Origin: Minutocellus sp. GHC0000111
Lineage: Eukaryota
NCBI GenBank assembly: GCA_977018835.1
Contig: OZ361256.1
Span: forward strand, 4,774,001-4,838,000
Reading direction: 5' to 3'
DNA length: 64,000 bases
Positions 58,209 to 64,000 of this stretch are shown one piece after another. The notes below the pieces were generated by a model. It was not told where the DNA came from, did not search any database, and saw nothing but the letters and a program-made list of their open reading frames with translations. Made by a program: the position numbers and the translations under genes. The first letter of the stretch is position 1. The number at the start of each line of letters is the position of its first letter.

Positions 58209-61200
58209 ATGGCGACCGACAAGACCAAGACGTGGGAATCCGACGAGAAGTTCGCCGCCCTGGCGGCCTACCGCGGCGCCTCCGCTGCCTCAGGAGGAGC
58301 TGGTGCCGATGCTGGTGGCGAAGGAGGCGAGAAGAAACTCTCAAAGAATGCTTTGAAGAAGCTAGCCAAGGGTAAGGTATGTTGCTGCTTGTATGGTTGC
58401 GTCGTGCAAGATATCCTGTAGTTATGCTTATGCCAACTTTTGTCGGGACAATTTACCGCTGATGGTTCCCACATTTCCACACCATCTTCCTCACTGTTCA
58501 CAATTCTTTTAATGCTACACTCTCTCGCTCGCTCCTTGCTTACAGGGCAAGAAGAAGGAGAAGCCCAACTGGGGCGAGGCTGGCAGTGGCAAGAAGGCCA
58601 AGGCCAAGGAGGCCAAGAAGAAGGCGGCACCGCCCCCGAAGAAGGAGTTTGTGAACAAGACTCCCAAGGGCGAGAAGAAGGACATGTCGGCTCCCATGGA
58701 CGATGGGTATCATCCCCACGCCGTCGAGGCTGCCTGGCAGGACTGGTGGGAGGCCAAGGGATACTACTCGTGCGATCCAGAGGCCGCCAAGGGCCGGCCG
58801 GACGATGAAAAGTTCGTTATGGTCATCCCCCCGCCCAATGTTACCGGATCGCTCCATTTGGGCCATGCGTTGACGGCTGCCGTGGAGGATACGCTGACCA
58901 GATGGCATCGTATGAAGGGTCACGCCACCTTGTACGTGCCGGGTACTGACCATGCTGGTATTGCCACCCAGTCCGTTGTGGAGAAGATGCTCATGAAGGA
59001 GAGTGGACAGAACCGTCACGATCTTGGCAGAGAGAAGTTTGTGGAGAAGGTTTGGGAGTGGAAGAAGGAGTATGGCAATCGCATTACCACCCAGCTCCGA
59101 TCGTTGGGCAGCAGTGTCGACTGGTCTCGGGAGCGATTCACCATGGACGATATGTGCAGCAAGGCCGTCGTTGAGGCCTTCAATCAGTTCCACGAGGCCG
59201 GTTTGTTGTACCGTGCCAATCGATCGGGCAACTTGTCTTGTGCTCTCAAGTCGGCCATTTCGGACATTGAGGTGGACTACATCGATCTGGAGGGTCGGAC
59301 GTATCTTGAGGTCAAGACTCACAAGGGCAACCCGAAGGACCCCAAGGGACGTTATGAGTTTGGCACTCTCACGTCGTTCTCGTACCCCGTTGAGAATTCC
59401 GATGAGAATATTACCGTCGCCACGACCCGTCTCGAAACCATGCTGGGTGATACCGCCGTTGCCGTCCACCCCGAGGATCCTCGCTACAAGCATTTGCACG
59501 GCAAGTTCCTCATCCATCCCTTCAACGGTCGACGCATCCCCATCATTCAGGATGCCGAGCTTGTTGACATGGAGTTTGGTACCGGTGCTGTGAAGATTAC
59601 GCCCGCTCATGATCCCAACGATTACGAATGTGGTAAGCGCCACAATCTGGAATTCATCACTGTTCTCAACCCCGACGGTTCCATCAACAGCGAAGGCTCG
59701 CAATTCGAGGGCATGATGCGTTATGATGCTCGTATGGCCGTCGAGGAGGCACTCCAGGAGAAGGGACTGTACGTTGGCAAGGAGCCCAACAAGATGCGTC
59801 TTGGCCTGTGCTCCCGATCGGGAGATATATTCTTGAGCCCATGATTACCCCTCAGTGGTACGTCAATTGCGATGGCATGGCCAAGCGCGCCACCGATGCC
59901 GTCCGCAACGGGGAGCTTAAGATCGTCCCCGAGGAGCATGAGAAGACCTGGTTCATGTGGCTTGACAACATTCGCGACTGGTGTGTTAGCAGACAGCTTT
60001 GGTGGGGCCACCAGATTCCTGCCTGGTTTGCTACCAAGAAGGGTGAATCCGGCGTCAACAAGAACGACATGAAGTGGAACGATCGCTGGATTGTCGGAAG
60101 AGACGAGGCGGTGAGTTCTGCTTACGCGACATGTGTACGATCGTATTTATTTCGTATCTCGCGTAATGTTTTCATTTTCTTTAGCTCACATTTTTACATG
60201 GATTCTATGCCGAATAAACGCTTACAGGAGGCCCTCGAAAAGGCAGCCAAGACGCTTGGATGTGCCAAGGAGGACATTGTTCTGGAGAGAGACGAGGATG
60301 TTCTTGATACCTGGTTCTCCTCTGGTCTTTTCCCCTTCTCCGTTTTCGGCTGGCCCGACAAGACGGCCGATCTGGAGGCCTTTTATCCCACGGCTCTTCT
60401 TGAGACCGGCCTCGACATTCTCTTCTTCTGGGTTGCGAGAATGGTAATGATGGGTCTTCAGCTCACGGACAAGCTCCCCTTCAATACCGTGTATTTGCAT
60501 GCAATGGTCAGAGATAAGGATGGTCGCAAGATGTCCAAGTCTCTCGGAAATGTTATCGATCCCCTCGAGGTGATCAATGGATGCACTCTCGACTCGCTCC
60601 TGAGTAAGTTGGACGCCGGTAATCTCCCAGCAAAGGAAGTCGCCAAGGCCAAGAAGGATCAGGCTGCCGACTTCCCCGACGGTATCCCCGAATGTGGATC
60701 CGATGCCCTCCGATTTGGACTGCTCGCATAGACTGTTCAGGGCCGTGACGTCAACCTCGATATCAAGCGCGTTGTTGGTTACCGAATGTTCTGCAACAAG
60801 CTTTGGAATGCCAACCGCTTCGCTCTTCAGTTCGTCTCGGACTTCAAGCCAACTCCCAATTTGCTGGATGAGCTCATGTCCAGTGGAAAGATGGCCATCA
60901 GAGACGAGTTCATGATTTCCAAGCTCATGAACAGAATTGATTCGGTTGAGACGAACTTCCAGAACTACAAGTTCGGTGATGCCCAACAAACATCGTATCA
61001 GTTGTGGATTGATGACCTTTGCAACGTCTATCTTGAACTGATCAAGCCCGTCATCAAGGATGAGAGCGAGCCCAACGCCGACAGCCGATGGGCTGCTCAG
61101 GCTACTCTCTGGATTACCCTCGAGGCTGGTTTGCGATTGCTCCATCCCATGATGCCTTTTGTTACCGAGGAGCTCTGGCAGCGACTGCCTGGTCGCGGTA

Positions 61201-61783
61201 CTCTCGGTGCTGACGAGCCTGAGACCATCATGCTTGCTCCCTTCCCCGTTTGTGTTGATAAGTACAAGAATGATTCCGCCGAGGAGTCGATGGACGTCGC
61301 CAACAACGTGATTGGTGCATGCCGTTCGCTTCGTGCCTCGTATCACATTGCCAACAAGACTTTGACTCATTTCTATGTCAAGGCAGCAGCCGGAGTCACC
61401 GAAGATTCCATCAAGGCGCAAACCGACGACATCAAGACTCTTGGAAACGCATCTGCCGTTGATATCAATGTCGACGCGTCCAGTGTTCCTGAGAGTCATG
61501 GCATCGTTGTCGTCGACGACACTTTGACTGTCATGATGGATCTGACCGGTCTTGTTGATTTTGCTGCCGAGATTAAGAAGCTCTCGAGAAGACCATGTCG
61601 AAGACCCGCCCTGCCATGGAAACCTTGGAGAAGAAGATGAACGCCGATGGATATGCCGAGAAGGTCAAACCCGAGCTCAAGGCTCAGAACGAGGAGAAGC
61701 TTGAAGGTCTCAAGAAGAAGATTGCCGATCTCGAAGCGGCCATTGCCAACTTCACGAGACTTGCTGCACTAGAGAAGAAATAA
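58209..61783 (+). CDS. VARS: Cytosolic-type valyl-tRNA synthetase (two introns; apparent frameshifts near 59828 and 61585; TAG at 60729)
   Basis: Motifs [44 protein letters not shown] and KMSKS, plus a C-terminal coiled coil. Confidence 0.95.
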
Positions 61784-61955
61784 TAATGAGATACTAAAGG
61801 TCAATTACTTAATAAGATTGAATTTTTCACAGACAAATAGCTTTACATGAAAGGCATTACGCGGTGAGTTATCTATATACTCGAACCTCACAAAACACTT
61901 TCGATCTTCCCTCTTTCACCTGATGCATGTACACATGCCACAACAGCCTCACAAC

Positions 61956-63113
61956 CTATTTCTTGGACTTCTTGATCATTGAGTAAATTGCGTTCAAGGC
62001 TGTAAAGGCCGAGAAGCCAGCCGAGGCATAGACCAAAGGAGTGAACGCACCACGGATCGTCTTGATATAGTAGGACATCGTACCGAAGACAATGGAGCTT
62101 AGGATATTGAGATCCACAAACGTCGTGCCCTCCAATCTGTCGCGATCGGCCGCGCTCTTGAGCACCAGCATGGTTCCGGTAAGCAAGGCAAGTCGTCCAA
62201 GACGGACGGCTCGGGTGGCCAACGTCTTGGCGGGATTTCCCTCAATAACGAGATTGACAATGTCAACAACCTTGAGAACCTTGAGTGCGGCAACAAACCA
62301 AGTTCCACCCAGGTAAATGAAACCATTCAAGTTCTTGCAGGTGAAAAATTCCTTGATGATGCCGCCAATATCTCCGAAGAGCTTTCCTTCTCCGTTTTTG
62401 TATCCCGCCAAGGTTGGGGAAAGCGATAGGAACGATGCCAAAGACAGAACATAAAATAGATGCTGTCTGAGTGTCGTGCCTCCAATTGCAAGTAGGATAG
62501 TGGTTAGACCACAAAGATTGAACTCCGTCAAGAACAGAGCCAGGCGTTTGTAGGTGTCGGATCCGAGACGGCCTGCCGATGCGGCACTTTCCAAAGTCGA
62601 GCTAATTCCAGCGGCAAGGTAGGGCCCACTAGCAGCATACAGCGGCAGGCCAAGACCAATTGGTCCGTCGATGCCGTTGTAGCAAATACCCAGTGCAGTT
62701 AAAATAAACAGAAACGCCGACAGCGAGTGGCCAAAGACGATCCGGTTGGTCACCGAGTCATTATCGCCGCTGTCGTCTGCGTCTGAGGCCATCTTGAGCG
62801 CAGTCGATTGGCTAGAATGGAGCGATGGGCGAGGAGCATAATTGTTATTATTGGCTGCGTCTGCGGCCATCTTGAGCGCAATCGATTGGGTAGAATGGAG
62901 CGATGGGCGAGGAGCATAATTGTTATTATTGGAAATGTGCTGCTGCTGCACAGAAGATGGCGTGACACCAGCGGCAGTGCCGATGTCAAGCATGTGTTTG
63001 ACGCCAACAGCACGTGGTGCAATTGTGCTGATGGGGGCGATCGAAGTGAAGCCGCTAGCATCTGGCAGCGAGCCGCTGGCGACGATGAGGAAGAGGAACG
63101 AGGCGATCTTCAT
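61956..63113 (-). CDS. Unknown multi-pass membrane protein with a bipartite plastid-type leader
   Basis: Signal peptide ending ASG-F. Internally repeated AAS(A)GRLGSDTYKRL / AADRDRLEGTTFVDL motif. Several hydrophobic helices. Confidence 0.7.
   Translation of the reverse strand: MKIASFLFLIVASGSLPDASGFTSIAPISTIAPRAVGVKHMLDIGTAAGVTPSSVQQQHISNNNNYAPRPSLHSTQSIALKMAADAANNNNYAPRPSLHSSQSTALKMASDADDSGDNDSVTNRIVFGHSLSAFLFILTALGICYNGIDGPIGLGLPLYAASGPYLAAGISSTLESAASAGRLGSDTYKRLALFLTEFNLCGLTTILLAIGGTTLRQHLFYVLSLASFLSLSPTLAGYKNGEGKLFGDIGGIIKEFFTCKNLNGFIYLGGTWFVAALKVLKVVDIVNLVIEGNPAKTLATRAVRLGRLALLTGTMLVLKSAADRDRLEGTTFVDLNILSSIVFGTMSYYIKTIRGAFTPLVYASAGFSAFTALNAIYSMIKKSKK
62777..62932. repeat. 78-bp in-frame tandem duplication
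   Basis: Two copies encoding NNNNYAPRPSLHS(T/S)QS(I/T)ALKMA(A/S)DA. Confidence 0.9.
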
Positions 63114-63487
63114 GGTGATGATACGGGGCTGCATGTGGTGTGATGTGGTGGATTGTGGCCATTGTGGCGGAGAGATCAGTCACTGGATAGATTTCAGGGG
63201 AATAATAAAAGGGGGCATCCGAGTTTTGCTAAAAAAACGCACAAAATGACTTGCTCATTCGAGAGCGAAGCGTGGGCAAGCCAAGCACCAACCACCTATC
63301 ACCTATCCTGCTCAATTATTAGCTCGAGTTTGTACATCCCTGAATACCGATTTGTTGATTACTTCTCCCTGGGTCCACCTCGCATCTCATCGCCGAAGCC
63401 CAATCAATATCATATCAGCCCTTCGCTCCGCTCCGTCTGTCGTCCCTCGTCACCCACCACCACGTGTCACCACCCCACACAATCAAG

Positions 63488-64000
63488 ATGAGGGCAACGT
63501 CACTGCTGGTGGGCAGGGTTCCATCGGCGGATGAAGACGATGAAGAAGGTCCTGATATCGGTGCTTTTGCGTCGGCGCCCACCGTAGCACTCATCGGCGC
63601 TGGTCCGTCGGGCATGTTCTTCCTCCATGCGCTCGCCACCCGCATCCGCGATCTCGAGGCAACCATTGCCAATGCCAATCGTCATCACGACAAGGACGCT
63701 ATTTCCAAGGCTCGGAAGCAATTGGCTAGACTTCCGATTGTGACACGCTACGAAATGTCGGATGGACCGGGTGGGTTGTGGCGGTCGGAAAAGAAGGACG
63801 TCGCCCGTCGGCACAACACCAAGATGTACGACACATTGTGGGCCAACGTCCCGAAGGAGTTGACCGAGTTTGCCGATTACACCTACGAGCAGCACTTTGG
63901 TGGGAAGCAAACGCCAGCATTTCTGCCCCGGCGGGACATATTGGAGTATCTACTGAAGCGCACTACCTCCGTCGATGGCAACTTGTTGAGAGATGACGTT
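63488..64000 (+). CDS. Flavin-containing monooxygenase, 5' part (runs off the window)
   Basis: Translated by hand: VALIGAGPSG, YEMSDGPGGLW, MYDTLWANVPKELTEFADY, FLPRRDILEYL. Confidence 0.85.
   Translation, partial: MRATSLLVGRVPSADEDDEEGPDIGAFASAPTVALIGAGPSGMFFLHALATRIRDLEATIANANRHHDKDAISKARKQLARLPIVTRYEMSDGPGGLWRSEKKDVARRHNTKMYDTLWANVPKELTEFADYTYEQHFGGKQTPAFLPRRDILEYLLKRTTSVDGNLLRDDV

Noticed and set aside
545..60731. TAG reassigned to a sense codon
   Set aside because: Many genes end normally in TAG (13462, 17570, 32484, 34546, 50805), and frameshifts co-occur with the internal TAGs.
58540..61499. Long antisense ORFs over ValRS, and similar ones over petC, the carrier and the RGG gene
   Set aside because: These are shadow frames from biased codon usage and have no domain features.
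1..64000. tRNA or rRNA genes
   Set aside because: None recognised by eye. tRNAscan-SE or Infernal would be needed to exclude them.

Overview
Eukaryotic nuclear DNA, almost certainly from a diatom. The genes have GT-AG introns, and several carry bipartite signal plus ASAF-type plastid leaders, including a nuclear petC. About 24 protein genes are supportable: a four heme-PAS adenylyl cyclase, a membrane ion-channel-type cyclase, two choline-transporter-like paralogues, a P450, a CobW GTPase, a SpoU methylase, PetC, Tfb5, a Rim2-like carrier, a CARNMT1-like methylase, an M6 metalloprotease, ValRS and an FMO, plus several unknowns. The main accessory feature is a 9.26 kb tyrosine-recombinase retrotransposon (36844-46107, minus strand). 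It combines a DIRS-type internal complementary region, Ngaro-like split direct repeats and a ~190 bp hairpin. Its core is strongly depleted of TpA: there is no tyrosine in the 530-aa RT ORF, YIDD reads HIDD, and repeat copies differ by TA>CA and TA>TG changes. This suggests a repeat-targeted, RIP-like mutation process (inference). Several host genes carry frameshifts or in-frame TAG codons, so base-level errors in this assembly are likely, and single-base claims need read support.
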